Origin: Thraustochytrium aureum
Lineage: Eukaryota
Reading direction: 5' to 3'
DNA: 64,000 bases
NCBI GenBank assembly: GCA_012862495.1
Contig: BLSG01000059.1
Span: 60,880-124,879 of the forward strand
Part shown: one piece after another, positions 22,780-33,230 of the stretch
How positions within the stretch are numbered: the first letter of the stretch is position 1
Layout: the number at the start of each line of letters is the position of its first letter
Translations under genes and position numbers: made by a program
The notes under the pieces: model-generated
The model's input: only the letters and a program-made list of their open reading frames with translations
The model's database searches: none
Told to the model about the DNA's origin: nothing

Positions 22780-23719
22780 TCAAGCAAACTTGACGCGCTG
22801 TGCGAGGCGCCACTCCTGCCCAGGAGCGCACGTTTCGAACCGACTGACACAGCCCGGCTCCAGGCAGACCATTTTGTGATACTCCTCATTCCCAAAGTCG
22901 TCCATGCGCTGCGACTTGTCCACCCACGGGTTCCACAGCACTGCGTCGCAAGGGCGTTCCTCGCCGTCGCAGGCCAGCGACGCCACTATCTCTGCTCGCG
23001 GCCCACCCGCAGCGCGCGAAGCCAACACGATCGGCTTGCTCGCGCCAGAGTATATCGCGTCCGTCTCTTGGGCGATCGAGATGGGCTCGCGTTCCTCGCG
23101 CACCTTGGCGCCCCCTTGCAACTGATCGATGTACTCGAGCTGGGCCAGCCCGCTCACTTCCAACTGCACGATGTCGTCCAAGAGGTAGTAAGTGTGGAGC
23201 AGCGCCTGGAACTGGAAGGGCGTCTCGCCTACATTGCGCACGCGGAGGCAGGTCTCGAGCGAGTCGGGCCCAAAGCGAATCACGTGCTCCAGAGAAAACT
23301 CATGCGGCCATACTGCACGCGTGGCTTCCGACGAGTCGAGCGCAAAGCTCAGCTCCACAAGCCCACCTTCGACCTCCTTCGGCTCGTTGCTGAGCCTCCA
23401 CATGGACGTGCGAGCGAAGCCGTGGTTTACGAGCGGCCCGGCCCCGAACTGCGGAAACACAAGCGGGACGCCACCGCGCAGTCTGCGGGCCTCCGTCAGC
23501 CCCTGCAAGCGAGTCCGTCCAGTCGAGGACCTACACTTACGGTTTGCTCCCGTCCTTGACGGCCTGGGCGCTCACAAACAGCCGCTCCTTGCCATCGGCG
23601 CCGACGAACGAGTACAGGGTCCCGCCGTACAGCGCCACGGACACGCTGGCCTTGCTCGCGGCGTGCGTGGCTTGCACCGCGTCCAGCTCGCCGAGCTTGA
23701 CTGTCGCGAGCGCCGCCAT
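22780..23719 (-). CDS. Glucose-6-phosphate 1-epimerase / D-hexose-6-phosphate mutarotase; 2 exons, intron 23483-23540
   Basis: Splicing GTAAGT...CTGAC...CCGCAG (58 nt) gives GSKP|LRGGVPLVFPQFG; also HGFAR, ALLHTY, VLWNPW, MVCLEPG. Confidence 0.92.
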
Positions 23720-24171
23720 TCTTGCACGCACGAGGTCGAGTCGATCCGCGTCCAAAGTCGCGCCCAAAGTCGCGCTCGATCGCCTTTCGCGAGCCAGGAA
23801 AAAACAGCTGCTCGGCGTGGCTCGCGACGCGACCCTGCCTGCGCGCAGACCTCTTCGCCCAGCTCTTCGCGCTGGAGAGGACGGGCGGCGGCGATGCGTA
23901 TCTGCGCGAACAAGGAGCGCGCCTCCGTGCCGCGCCTGTGTCTCTTGAAACCCAGTAGCTGTTCTTGAAATTCAGTACTCAAAAGTCGGTATTGTGGGGT
24001 TTAGGTTAGGGCAGCGCTCTGCCACCCCGCCGTGCCGCAGACGTGCAACGAGACCAGGCCAGGGCGGGGCCCGCGTTTGTGCTGCTGTGCGTGCTGCTTC
24101 TGGGGCTGCTTCCTGATCTGCTTGTTCTTATCTTCCGCGGCGGCTTCTTTGCTCGCGTCTGCGGCGGAAAG

Positions 24172-24849
24172 ATGTGAGTTGCCAGGCGATGGGTTTTGTC
24201 CATCCCGCTTGCCTTGCTCGTTCGTGCTCGTTCGTGCTCGTTCGTGCTCGTTTCGCGCCGGCGGAGCGGGGCGCGGGCTGGGGCTGTGCTTCTGTGGCTG
24301 ACGCTTGGGGTGGCAGGCGCGTCGAGGCGCTGGACGAGTTTGTGTTCCGCGCGAAGGAGCTTTTCGTCAAGAGCCCAAATACGGCCAGGTACTCGCTCAA
24401 GTACTCGAACAAGAACGGCATGCTGGTGGCCAAGGCGACCGATGACGTCGTGGTGAGTTGGCTCGCTCTCGCTCAACCAGCCGCTGGCTCTCTCGCTCTA
24501 TCTATCTCCGCTAACAAGTAGGGCCCGCGAAATCGGTCGCCGCCTCGCCTCGCCTCGCCTGGCCTCGCAGTGCCTCACGTTTTGCACCGACCAAAGTGTA
24601 GACCTGTTCAACCTCCAGACGTTGAGCGCTTGGTTCTACTCATCTTGCACAGGCGTCAAGCGCAGCCGCTCAGAGTCGAGCGCGACCGCGCAGGGCGAGG
24701 CGCTCCCTGCAGTGGAGGAAGAGACTGCAGCGCCGACTGACGCTGCGGCACCAGACGCCGCCGCACCGCCAGCAACGCCAGAGGCACAGAAAAAGGCACT
24801 CGCAGAGGCCGCCAAGAAGAAGAAGAAGAAGGGCAAGGGTCGCCGCTAG
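24172..24849 (+). CDS. SRP9: Signal recognition particle subunit SRP9/SRP21; 3 exons (24172-24173, 24317-24452, 24571-24849), about 138 aa
   Basis: Spliced product MRVEALDEFVFRAKELFVKSPNTARYSLKYSNKNGMLVAKATDDVV|CLTFCTDQSVDL matches the SRP9 pattern (EEF...LY..P...R..LKY....G.L..K.TDD.VCL.Y.TDQ..D). Both introns are GTGAGT...CAG with CTGAC or CTAAC branch sites. Lys-rich tail. Confidence 0.85.
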
Positions 24850-25186
24850 TCGTGGCTTGGGAGAGGACTGCGTCATTGACCAATCGGTCGGCGGGTCGCT
24901 GCACAGCGCAAAGGGGGCGCGGCGTCGCGCGCGGGGCGGAGCACCAGGCAAGGCAGCGCCGCTCTTGGAAGCCGTTCCGACGAGCCTGCGGCGGAGCGAA
25001 AATTACAGCAACCATTAAGCCTCTTTCGGTTGGTTTATCCCCCTATCTCTCCCGAATCCACAGTGATTTACTCTTTGCAAAGGCTTAGCTGCCGCCTACC
25101 TACTAGGCCCGCCCGCCCGCAGCGCCCAGGCCGACAAGGGTTCCAATCAATTGAAAGCAAAAGCAAGATAGAAGAAGATCACATCA

Positions 25187-26452
25187 TCAGTCGTAGAGGT
25201 GCAGAATGTACACAAGCGAAGACCCCACGGTAATCGCAACCACCCCCGCAACAAGGACGATAATCGATCGCGACTGCACCTCGTCGCTGTCCTGGTTGAC
25301 CTGGTTGTCCGACGAGGCGATCTCACTCAGCGAGCGAGAGTCGCCCGAAGGCAGGATCGACTGCTTGCAGATTGGGCACAGCGCGGACTTGGACACGAGC
25401 CACGGCTCGATGCACTCCTTGTGGTAGCCGTGCCCGCACGGCAAAACGGTGATCCGCTCGCCGTCCTCAAAGTTGCAAATGCATATCACGCAGCTCTCGC
25501 AATTGTAGTAGTCGGTGATGCGCGCCCCGCTCGATCCAAGCGACGCCGCGCTCGCGTCGCAAGCAAGAGGCTCCACGTCGTCCGCCGAGTAGCTTCGCAT
25601 CACCTCGAGCTCCACGTCCCCCTCCTCCCGCTGCGGAATGCGCAAGTGCCGCCCGTGCGTAGGCTTTCGATCTGCGCCAAGGCTCGCTCCGTTTTCCACG
25701 GCAAGCTCGTCCATGCTCTCTGGCTCGATGGGACTTTCGAGGCCCTCCGTCTCGGCACGGTACGTGCGCGTTGGCAGCTTGCGCACGATCTCCAGCCTCT
25801 TGCGCCGCGCGAGCCGCGACTTGATCCAGTTGAACAACGAGAACACTGCCACCATTGACCAAACCACAAGCAAGAGCTGCAGCATGAACAGAATCGACTG
25901 CAGGAACAACGGGGAGGCGTCAAAGGGGTCGCCCTGGAACGACCCGGTGCCGTTGATCGTCACCCACACCACTCCGTTGTGCCCCTTCAGCTCCGAGAGG
26001 TCGAGGTGCGTCTCCATCGAAATAAAGACCGCCGGGATTTCGACCAAGTACTGCTCGTCACCCTCCGCCGTCATCGTGACGCCGCCCTCGCCTTCAGGCC
26101 GTTCTGGCGAGTTGGACACGATGACAGCAACGGCCCCACGGGCCTGCGCGTTCAGCACCTTGTCCACAAAATGACACCCGCCTCGCATCCCGAGCGCGAC
26201 CGCGCCACTCAGCATCGTCGAGGGCGCCATGACGGGGTCGCACAAAAACGGGTCCTCGCTGCTCCACACGAGCTTGCCGGTCACGCCGCCCTCCCCTGTG
26301 AACACAGGGCCAAAGTCCGCGGGCACATGCTTGAACACCTCGCAACACGGGTCCTGCACGAGCAGGCCCTCCGCCGTGCCCGCGAGCACCGCCCCGCACG
26401 CCCCAGCCAGGGCAGCCGCGTTCCGCCGCGCGCGCCGTGCTCCAGCGACCAT
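25187..26452 (-). CDS. PA-TM-RING-H2 E3 ubiquitin ligase (RNF13/RNF167/RMR-like) with an extra C-terminal TM helix
   Basis: Signal peptide, PA domain (ADFGP, RGGCHFVDKVLNAQARGAVAVIV, IPAVFIS), TM helix, RING-H2 CVICICNF...LPCGHGYHKECIEPWL...CPICK. Confidence 0.92.
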   Translation of the reverse strand: MVAGARRARRNAAALAGACGAVLAGTAEGLLVQDPCCEVFKHVPADFGPVFTGEGGVTGKLVWSSEDPFLCDPVMAPSTMLSGAVALGMRGGCHFVDKVLNAQARGAVAVIVSNSPERPEGEGGVTMTAEGDEQYLVEIPAVFISMETHLDLSELKGHNGVVWVTINGTGSFQGDPFDASPLFLQSILFMLQLLLVVWSMVAVFSLFNWIKSRLARRKRLEIVRKLPTRTYRAETEGLESPIEPESMDELAVENGASLGADRKPTHGRHLRIPQREEGDVELEVMRSYSADDVEPLACDASAASLGSSGARITDYYNCESCVICICNFEDGERITVLPCGHGYHKECIEPWLVSKSALCPICKQSILPSGDSRSLSEIASSDNQVNQDSDEVQSRSIIVLVAGVVAITVGSSLVYILHLYD

Positions 26453-26754
26453 CGTCCGGTGTCGCTTCCCGAAGGTGCGTGACCTCCCAAAGCCCCCACC
26501 CACCCACGCCCCGCGCGCCCCGCACGCACAGACGCCACAGCCGCACAGCCGCACAGCCGCACAGCCGCACAGCCGCGCGCGCAGACCCGCAACCTGCCCT
26601 GCGTGCTCTTGCTGCCGCGCTTGCTCGCCTGCCGCGGCGCGCGCGAGTCCTCAAGGGGCTCTGCAGCACTTCCTGCTCCTCGCCGCCGCCCCTCGTAAAA
26701 CGCTCGAGAAAACCACTCCAGGATTGGAAACTGAATTCTGAACTGCACTTGCTG

Positions 26755-27168
26755 GCCCAGACCGCCGCTGCTGCTGTCCTGCTGCTCGTGATCATGATGG
26801 TGACGGTCGTGGGCGGGGCGGTTGTCCTCGTCCTGGTCGGCCCTGGAAGGACATGGCTCACGGACTTGCTGCAGAGCCGCTGTGGCGTGCGTTTTTTTGG
26901 TGTGCGGCAAGGGTCGATGTTGAGTCTGCGGTGATCCTTTCCAAGAGCCGGCTGGCTTCGATGCCAGGCCGCCGCCGCTGCTGCTGCTGATGATGATGCT
27001 GATGATGATGATGGTGGTCGTGGGCGTGGCGGTTGTCCTCGTCCTGGTCGGCCCTGGAAGGACATGGCTCACGGACTTGCTGCACGTCGGGTGTGCTGTT
27101 GGTTTTTTGTTACGGCAAGGGTCGATGTTGAGTCTGCGGCGATCCCTTCCTGAAGCTGGCTGGCTTCG
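26755..27168. repeat. Two-copy imperfect tandem duplication with a 211 bp period
   Basis: GTTGTCCTCGTCCTGGTCGGCCCTGGAAGGACATGGCTCACGGACTTGCTGCA is identical at 26821 and 27032; CGGCAAGGGTCGATGTTGAGTCTGCGG is also shared. Confidence 0.9.
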
Positions 27169-27714
27169 TGGGCGTGGCTCGAGCGCGTCCAGTGGACGAG
27201 ACGGTGGGACGCGCGGCGCGACAATGCGCGAGTCGGGTGGTGGTCTGCATGTGCTCGCGTTCGTGAAACCCAAAAGGCCTCCGACATCCACCTAAAACCC
27301 AAGAGGTTGCTGAATACTCTACAGAGATGGCGCGGATCAACGAGACTTACTCCCGGCGGCGCTGTGCGCCAACAGCGAGCGCCCAAGCGCAACCCAGTCC
27401 AGGCAAAGCATCATGCACGACCTTCTGATAACGAACGAATGATCAGTTGTTCATCAGGTGCCAGTGAGCGAACGTTCTCTTGTTCCCCTACCGTTCGGGA
27501 CGGACAAACCGAGTGCCAGGGCGCGTGCAGACGCGCGTTGGGGCTGTGCGTTAGCCTGCAGCAGGCCTACTTCTCGCCTCGCTCTTTGCGGAGACCGGCT
27601 GGCTTGCTGTGCCAAGGCTTTCGGGCAGCTCGGCCGCGCGGTTGGCACAAAGTGCTCGGAAGCAACCGCGGCTCCGTGGCGCTCTGCCGACAGTGAACGG
27701 CGCGAAAGCAAGCC

Positions 27715-29565
27715 ATGAGCGCTCCAGTGCGGTTTGCCGACGTGGACGGCGCGTCTGTGCACGTGCCGAGCACGTGGAGAAAGACTGCGTCAAGGCGATT
27801 GGCCAACGTACGGTGCCAGACAGACCCCGTCGGCGTGAGCGACGCCGAGTCTCAAGCCGTGCGAAGGCATGATGCGGCTGCTCAGGCCACAGGGCCGGAA
27901 CACGGCGATGGCGAGCGGCACGAAGGCAAAGTCGCCGAAGAAGAAGACCGCGAGACCCCACGCTCCGACTTGGCCGGATCCGAGCGAGTCGACGCCAGCT
28001 TTGAGAACTGGACCATCGATGATCCCGAGCTCGAGTCGTTCCTCGCGGCTACCGGCAACTTTATGCTGGATGAGCTCGCCCGCAGCGCCCAGAGCAGCGC
28101 GTTTGACCTTCTCGCACCGGTGACGAGCGCGGAAATGGACAGCGAGCAAGCCGCCGTGCTGTACGAGCTCGCTCGGCCGACAGGCAACCTCGAAGAACAA
28201 GACCAGCTCTCGTGCACGGCAGTGGCTTGGAACGCGACGGGGAGCCAGCTTCTCGTGTCCTTTGGGCGCCTGGACAACTACGGCTGGTGCACGCACCGCG
28301 GGTCGGTTTGCGTGTGGAGCGTTTTCGCGCGCGGCGCGCGGCGCGGGCAGCTTGAACGCGAGACGCCTCCCGATTTCCGGCTTGAAGCCTCGAGCGGGGT
28401 TATGTGCGTAGCTGGGCACCCAGAGCAGCCCGCGCTGATCGCTGCTGGAACCTTTAACGGCGAGGTTTTGCTATTCGACACGACGCGGGCCGATACCGGC
28501 GAGGACACGCTGGTCGCAGCGTCCCAGATCGAAGACTATTGCCACCGCGAGCCGGTGCTTGGGCTGGAGTGGGTGCCCGACCCGCGGGTCGCGTCGCTTG
28601 GCAGCGCGGGGGGCGGCGCCGCCAACGCGCGCGGGGCCGGCTATCTCCTCGCGTCCGTCAGTAGCGACGGAAGGGTATTGCTCTGGGACGCCTCCTCCGA
28701 CCTCAGCGCGCCGCTCAAGGGCCTCAGCCTCGCGGCAAAGACTACGCGCGGCGCAAAGCCGCTTGGGGGCACGGCGCTGAGTTTTTGTCGCGCCAAAGGC
28801 TCTACCGCGACAAACTTTGTTGTTGGCTCCGAAGGAGGCGCCCTGGTGCGATGCACGCTGGCCGGCGTAAGCACAAGTGCGCCGGCGACAGCGCGGGAGC
28901 TCGCGCTGGCTCCAGGCGCGGAAAAGTGGTCAGCGCAGGCGTTGGGGCTCCTCGCCCTCGTCCCGGAAAAGGAGCGCGTTGTGCTCCGGCACAGCGTGGA
29001 CAAGTACGCAGCTGCCGAAAGCATTGCGCTTGTCCAGCCGCGGCACATCTACGAAGCGTCCCGCGCAGACAACTTTATGTTTCCCAACGTCGTTCGATTC
29101 ACGTACGAGAGCCACGTCGGGCCGGTTCACGCTGTCCAGTGCGCGCCGTTCCACCGCAACGCTTTCCTGAGCTGTGGGGCAGACGGCAACGTGCGACTCT
29201 ACTCGCTCCTGGAAAAGCGCCCTGCGCTTGTGGTGGCGCCCACCAAGGCGAGTCATTACATGCACTGCGCCGCGTGGTCGCCCCACCGCCCGGCGGTCTT
29301 TGCCTGCTCGTCGAGCAACGGCGAGCTTTTCGTGTTCGACCTCTCTGTGGACTCCGCCTCTCCGGTCGTGAGCTTGCCCGCTGGCGGCGCGAAAGGATGC
29401 GCTGTACACTCGCTTGCTTTCAACGCAAAGACGCGTGGCCTCGTTGCGACCGGGGACCAGTCGGGCGAGGTGCGTATCTTCAAGCTTGGCTGGCGCCTGG
29501 CCAACCGGCAGGGCGTCGACAAGGTCGCCCTTGACTATGCCTTGCACAGCGGAACGCGTGTCTAG
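27715..29565 (+). CDS. WDR34: WD40 protein, cytoplasmic dynein-2 intermediate chain WDR34/FAP133
   Basis: CTAVAWNATGS, SFGRLDNYGWCTHRGSVCVW, HPEQPALIAAGTFNGEV, HREPV, FVVGSEGG, HVGPVHAVQCAPFHRNAFLSCG, WSPHRPAVFA; N-terminal CQTD is a possible light-chain binding QT motif. Confidence 0.85.
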   Translation: MSAPVRFADVDGASVHVPSTWRKTASRRLANVRCQTDPVGVSDAESQAVRRHDAAAQATGPEHGDGERHEGKVAEEEDRETPRSDLAGSERVDASFENWTIDDPELESFLAATGNFMLDELARSAQSSAFDLLAPVTSAEMDSEQAAVLYELARPTGNLEEQDQLSCTAVAWNATGSQLLVSFGRLDNYGWCTHRGSVCVWSVFARGARRGQLERETPPDFRLEASSGVMCVAGHPEQPALIAAGTFNGEVLLFDTTRADTGEDTLVAASQIEDYCHREPVLGLEWVPDPRVASLGSAGGGAANARGAGYLLASVSSDGRVLLWDASSDLSAPLKGLSLAAKTTRGAKPLGGTALSFCRAKGSTATNFVVGSEGGALVRCTLAGVSTSAPATARELALAPGAEKWSAQALGLLALVPEKERVVLRHSVDKYAAAESIALVQPRHIYEASRADNFMFPNVVRFTYESHVGPVHAVQCAPFHRNAFLSCGADGNVRLYSLLEKRPALVVAPTKASHYMHCAAWSPHRPAVFACSSSNGELFVFDLSVDSASPVVSLPAGGAKGCAVHSLAFNAKTRGLVATGDQSGEVRIFKLGWRLANRQGVDKVALDYALHSGTRV

Positions 29566-29932
29566 CGCATGCGCCCGTTTTGCTGTATTGAGCCTTCGTT
29601 TGGGGCCTTGGGCTGGTGGCGAGCATAACGCTAGAGAGAGTCTCTTACTATCTGTCTTTTTATATCTGAGCAGGCGACCACTGATCGTCGCAACCATGGA
29701 TTTTGTCGCACCCAAGGAACTTGCTCTAGAGAGTCGCCTGTCGCGCCATTCTTTCACTGCCGCTCGCAAGGTCAGCGCGCTGGCCCTCGAAAACGCGCAG
29801 ATCTCTCGGCCGTCGCGCGGGCGCATTTGCCCCCTACGAACCAAAGGCACGCTGCTCTTCAACAAGCGCGAATGGTGGGTGGTTTCGGCTAGCTTTTCTT
29901 TTTTTTTCCTTTTTCGCGGGCTCTGCGCCAAG

Positions 29933-30252
29933 CTACTTGCCCTTGCTCTCGCGAGACCAGTTGTCGCCGTCCATGAGCACGTAGACGTCAAGCCCGTCCT
30001 CAGGATCAAAGACGCCAATGTCGCCGAGAGACAGCGGGTCGAGCATCTCCCTGTTGCCGTGCTCAAGAACCTTTTACGCAGCCGCGCATGAAACGTTTCG
30101 TCAGCCAGCCGGAGCGGCGCCGCCCTTGCACTCGGTTGCGAGCCACTTACAATCTCTCGCATTTCCACCCCGAATTCGGAGGCAAGGTGCGCCTTGAGCA
30201 CCTCGACAGTCTGCCCAAGCTGAAAGTCGCGCTCCGCAACGCTCCCGTCGGG
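29933..30252 (-). CDS. Small ubiquitin-like (beta-grasp) protein; 5' end lies in a gap; intron 30071-30150
   Basis: PDGSVAERDFQLGQTVEVLKAHLASEFGVEMREI|VLEHGNREMLDPLSLGDIGV...GK*; the 80-nt intron reads GTAAGT...GCTGAC...AAAG and preserves the frame. Confidence 0.7.
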
Positions 30253-31323
30253 NNNNNNNNNNNNNNNNNNNNNNNNNNNNNNNNNNNNNNNNNNNNNNNN
30301 NNNNNNNNNNNNNNNNNNNNNNNNNNNNNNNNNNNNNNNNNNNNNNNNNNNNNNNNNNNNNNNNNNNNNNNNNNNNNNNNNNNNNNNNNNNNNNNNNNNN
30401 NNNNNNNNNNNNNNNNNNNNNNNNNNNNNNNNNNNNNNNNNNNNNNNNNNNNNNNNNNNNNNNNNNNNNNNNNNNNNNNNNNNNNNNNNNNNNNNNNNNN
30501 NNNNNNNNNNNNNNNNNNNNNNNNNNNNNNNNNNNNNNNNNNNNNNNNNNNNNNNNNNNNNNNNNNNNNNNNNNNNNNNNNNNNNNNNNNNNNNNNNNNN
30601 NNNNNNNNNNNNNNNNNNNNNNNNNNNNNNNNNNNNNNNNNNNNNNNNNNNNNNNNNNNNNNNNNNNNNNNNNNNNNNNNNNNNNNNNNNNNNNNNNNNN
30701 NNNNNNNNNNNNNNNNNNNNNNNNNNNNNNNNNNNNNNNNNNNNNNNNNNNNNNNNNNNNNNNNNNNNNNNNNNNNNNNNNNNNNNNNNNNNNNNNNNNN
30801 NNNNNNNNNNNNNNNNNNNNNNNNNNNNNNNNNNNNNNNNNNNNNNNNNNNNNNNNNNNNNNNNNNNNNNNNNNNNNNNNNNNNNNNNNNNNNNNNNNNN
30901 NNNNNNNNNNNNNNNNNNNNNNNNNNNNNNNNNNNNNNNNNNNNNNNNNNNNNNNNNNNNNNNNNNNNNNNNNNNNNNNNNNNNNNNNNNNNNNNNNNNN
31001 NNNNNNNNNNNNNNNNNNNNNNNNNNNNNNNNNNNNNNNNNNNNNNNNNNNNNNNNNNNNNNNNNNNNNNNNNNNNNNNNNNNNNNNNNNNNNNNNNNNN
31101 NNNNNNNNNNNNNNNNNNNNNNNNNNNNNNNNNNNNNNNNNNNNNNNNNNNNNNNNNNNNNNNNNNNNNNNNNNNNNNNNNNNNNNNNCACTAGTAGATG
31201 GTAGGGGGCGGCGCTGCGGCGCGAATGCGAGCCTCTAGCTGGGCCGACGGTGCGCCGCTGCCGCCCCGGCAGCAGAAGGAAACCAAAGACAGAGCTTTGC
31301 ACGACTCGCCGCCACGACTACGC

Positions 31324-32877
31324 CTAGTAGGATCCCGGCGGCCCCGCCTGGTACCCCATCTGATGCACCAAGTGCTGCTGTTGCTGCGGGTCGTACATCC
31401 CCGCCGCCATGTAGGGATTGACGACGCCCCCAGGCGCCCCTTGCGCGAAGCCGCCCATGTGCATCTGCGCGCCGCCTCCCAAAGCGTGCATGGCGTGCGG
31501 GTGCATGCCCTGGCCCGGCGCGCCCATGTGCAGAGCGGCTCCTTGGTGTGCGGCTGGCCGGCCCATCCGGTGCGGGTTGGCTCGCTTCTCTTGATAGTAT
31601 TGTGTCGAGCGGTGGCCGTCGACGAGCTCGCGAAAGGCGTCCTCGAGGCACTTGCGCACGTCGGCAAAGCTGACCACGAGGATGGACCGCCCGTCCCGGC
31701 TCGTGAGCAAGATGCGCTCCGTGGAACCGATGTCCAGCTTGTTCAGGCTGGTGAAGATGTGGCCAATGTCCAGCCAGGGCTGGCCCGTCTCGTCCGTCTG
31801 GTGGAACACATAGTCCCGAAATAGCTTGAGAATGTAGCGGTCGCCCGTCTCGGCCCACGAGGCAGCCTCCGACTTGCCGTACTCGGGGCGCTCGTTGACC
31901 AGGTTGAGCTTGACCAAGAGCCGGTTCAGCCGGCTCGTCTCCAACTGCTTTCCCAAATACTCTTCCAGCGCGTCAGAGTGGCTGTAAAGCTCGTCGATCT
32001 CGCCCAAGAGCCCTCGCGAGCAAAGCGCCAGGACGTCGTAGGCCGAGCAGGCGTGCTGGAACGGCAGCGTCACAAGCGCGGTCAGCTCCTTGGAAAACCG
32101 CGTCGCAACAAACTCGGCCGAGTCTTTGGCACTTCGCAGCGCCTGCGGCGACATGCAGCAGAGCACGAGCATNNNNNNNNNNNNNNNNNNNNNNNNNNNN
32201 NNNNNNNNNNNNNNNNNNNNNNNNNNNNNNNNNNNNNNNNNNNNNNNNNNNNNNNNNNNNNNNNNNNNNNNNNNNNNNNNNNNNNNNNNNNNNNNNNNNN
32301 NNNNNNNNNNNNNNNNNNNNNNNNNNNNNNNNNNNNNNNNNNNNNNNNNNNNNNNNNNNNNNNNNNNNNNNNNNNNNNNNNNNNNNNNNNNNNNNNNNNN
32401 NNNNNNNNNNNNNNNNNNNNNNNNNNNNNNNNNNNNNNNNNNNNNNNNNNNNNNNNNNNNNNNNNNNNNNNNNNNNNNNNNNNNNNNNNNNNNNNNNNNN
32501 NNNNNNNNNNNNNNNNNNNNNNNNNNNNNNNNNNNNNNNNNNNNNNNNNNNNNNNNNNNNNNNNNNNNNNNNNNNNNNNNNNNNNNNNNNNNNNNNNNNN
32601 NNNNNNNNNNNNNNNNNNNNNNNNNNNNNNNNNNNNNNNNNNNNNNNNNNNNNNNNNNNNNNNNNNNNNNNNNNNNNNNNNNNNNNNNNNNNNNNNNNNN
32701 NNNNNNNNNNNNNNNNNNNNNNNNNNNNNNNNNNNNNNNNNNNNNNNNNNNNNNNNNNNNNNNNNNNNNNNNNNNNNNNNNNNNNNNNNNNNNNNNNNNN
32801 NNNNNNNNNNNNNNNNNNNNNNNNNNNNNNNNCCACTCGGACGCGGACGGCTTGAGCGTCCCAGGCAGCTGGTCCAT
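31324..32877 (-). CDS. PAN3: PAN2-PAN3 deadenylase subunit PAN3; most of the pseudokinase domain lies in the gap 32173-32832
   Basis: C-terminal knob domain RLLVKLNLVNERPE..WAETGDRYILKLFRDYVFHQ..GHIFTSLNKLD..ILLTSRD; PAM2-like LKPSASEW just after the ATG at 32877. Linkage across the gap is inferred. Confidence 0.88.
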   Translation of the reverse strand: MDQLPGTLKPSASEWXXXXXXXXXXXXXXXXXXXXXXXXXXXXXXXXXXXXXXXXXXXXXXXXXXXXXXXXXXXXXXXXXXXXXXXXXXXXXXXXXXXXXXXXXXXXXXXXXXXXXXXXXXXXXXXXXXXXXXXXXXXXXXXXXXXXXXXXXXXXXXXXXXXXXXXXXXXXXXXXXXXXXXXXXXXXXXXXXXXXXXXXXXXXXXXXXXXXXXXXXXXXXXXXXXXXXXXXXXXXMLVLCCMSPQALRSAKDSAEFVATRFSKELTALVTLPFQHACSAYDVLALCSRGLLGEIDELYSHSDALEEYLGKQLETSRLNRLLVKLNLVNERPEYGKSEAASWAETGDRYILKLFRDYVFHQTDETGQPWLDIGHIFTSLNKLDIGSTERILLTSRDGRSILVVSFADVRKCLEDAFRELVDGHRSTQYYQEKRANPHRMGRPAAHQGAALHMGAPGQGMHPHAMHALGGGAQMHMGGFAQGAPGGVVNPYMAAGMYDPQQQQHLVHQMGYQAGPPGSY

Positions 32878-33170
32878 CCTGCGGCCAGTCTTCGACCCGT
32901 CGCGGCTCTCCCGCTCGGCCACGGGGCCGGCAGGGGCGGGAGGGCAGGCTGAGGTCGCGAGACCGGTTTTCCGGCGAGCAGCGAGCGCACCGTGCCTCGG
33001 CCAACCTGAGCGGGGCCGCGGCCGTCGCCAGCCAGGCGCAGCGGACGAGCAGCAATCGCACGTCGCTCGCTGCCCCAACCAGCTCCAGCAGTGGGTCCGG
33101 CCGAGTCTGCTCCACCGCGGCTTTCTTGGACGCGGCCTGCTCGACCACTTTCAAGGTCTGCCTGCCTGCT

Positions 33171-33230
33171 CATTCTTTCTTTTTCTTTTTCTTTTTCTTT
33201 TTTCTTTTTCCTTTTTTCTTTTTTCTTTGT
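33171..33230. repeat. Polypyrimidine microsatellite (CTTTTT)n
   Basis: Directly visible. Confidence 0.8.
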
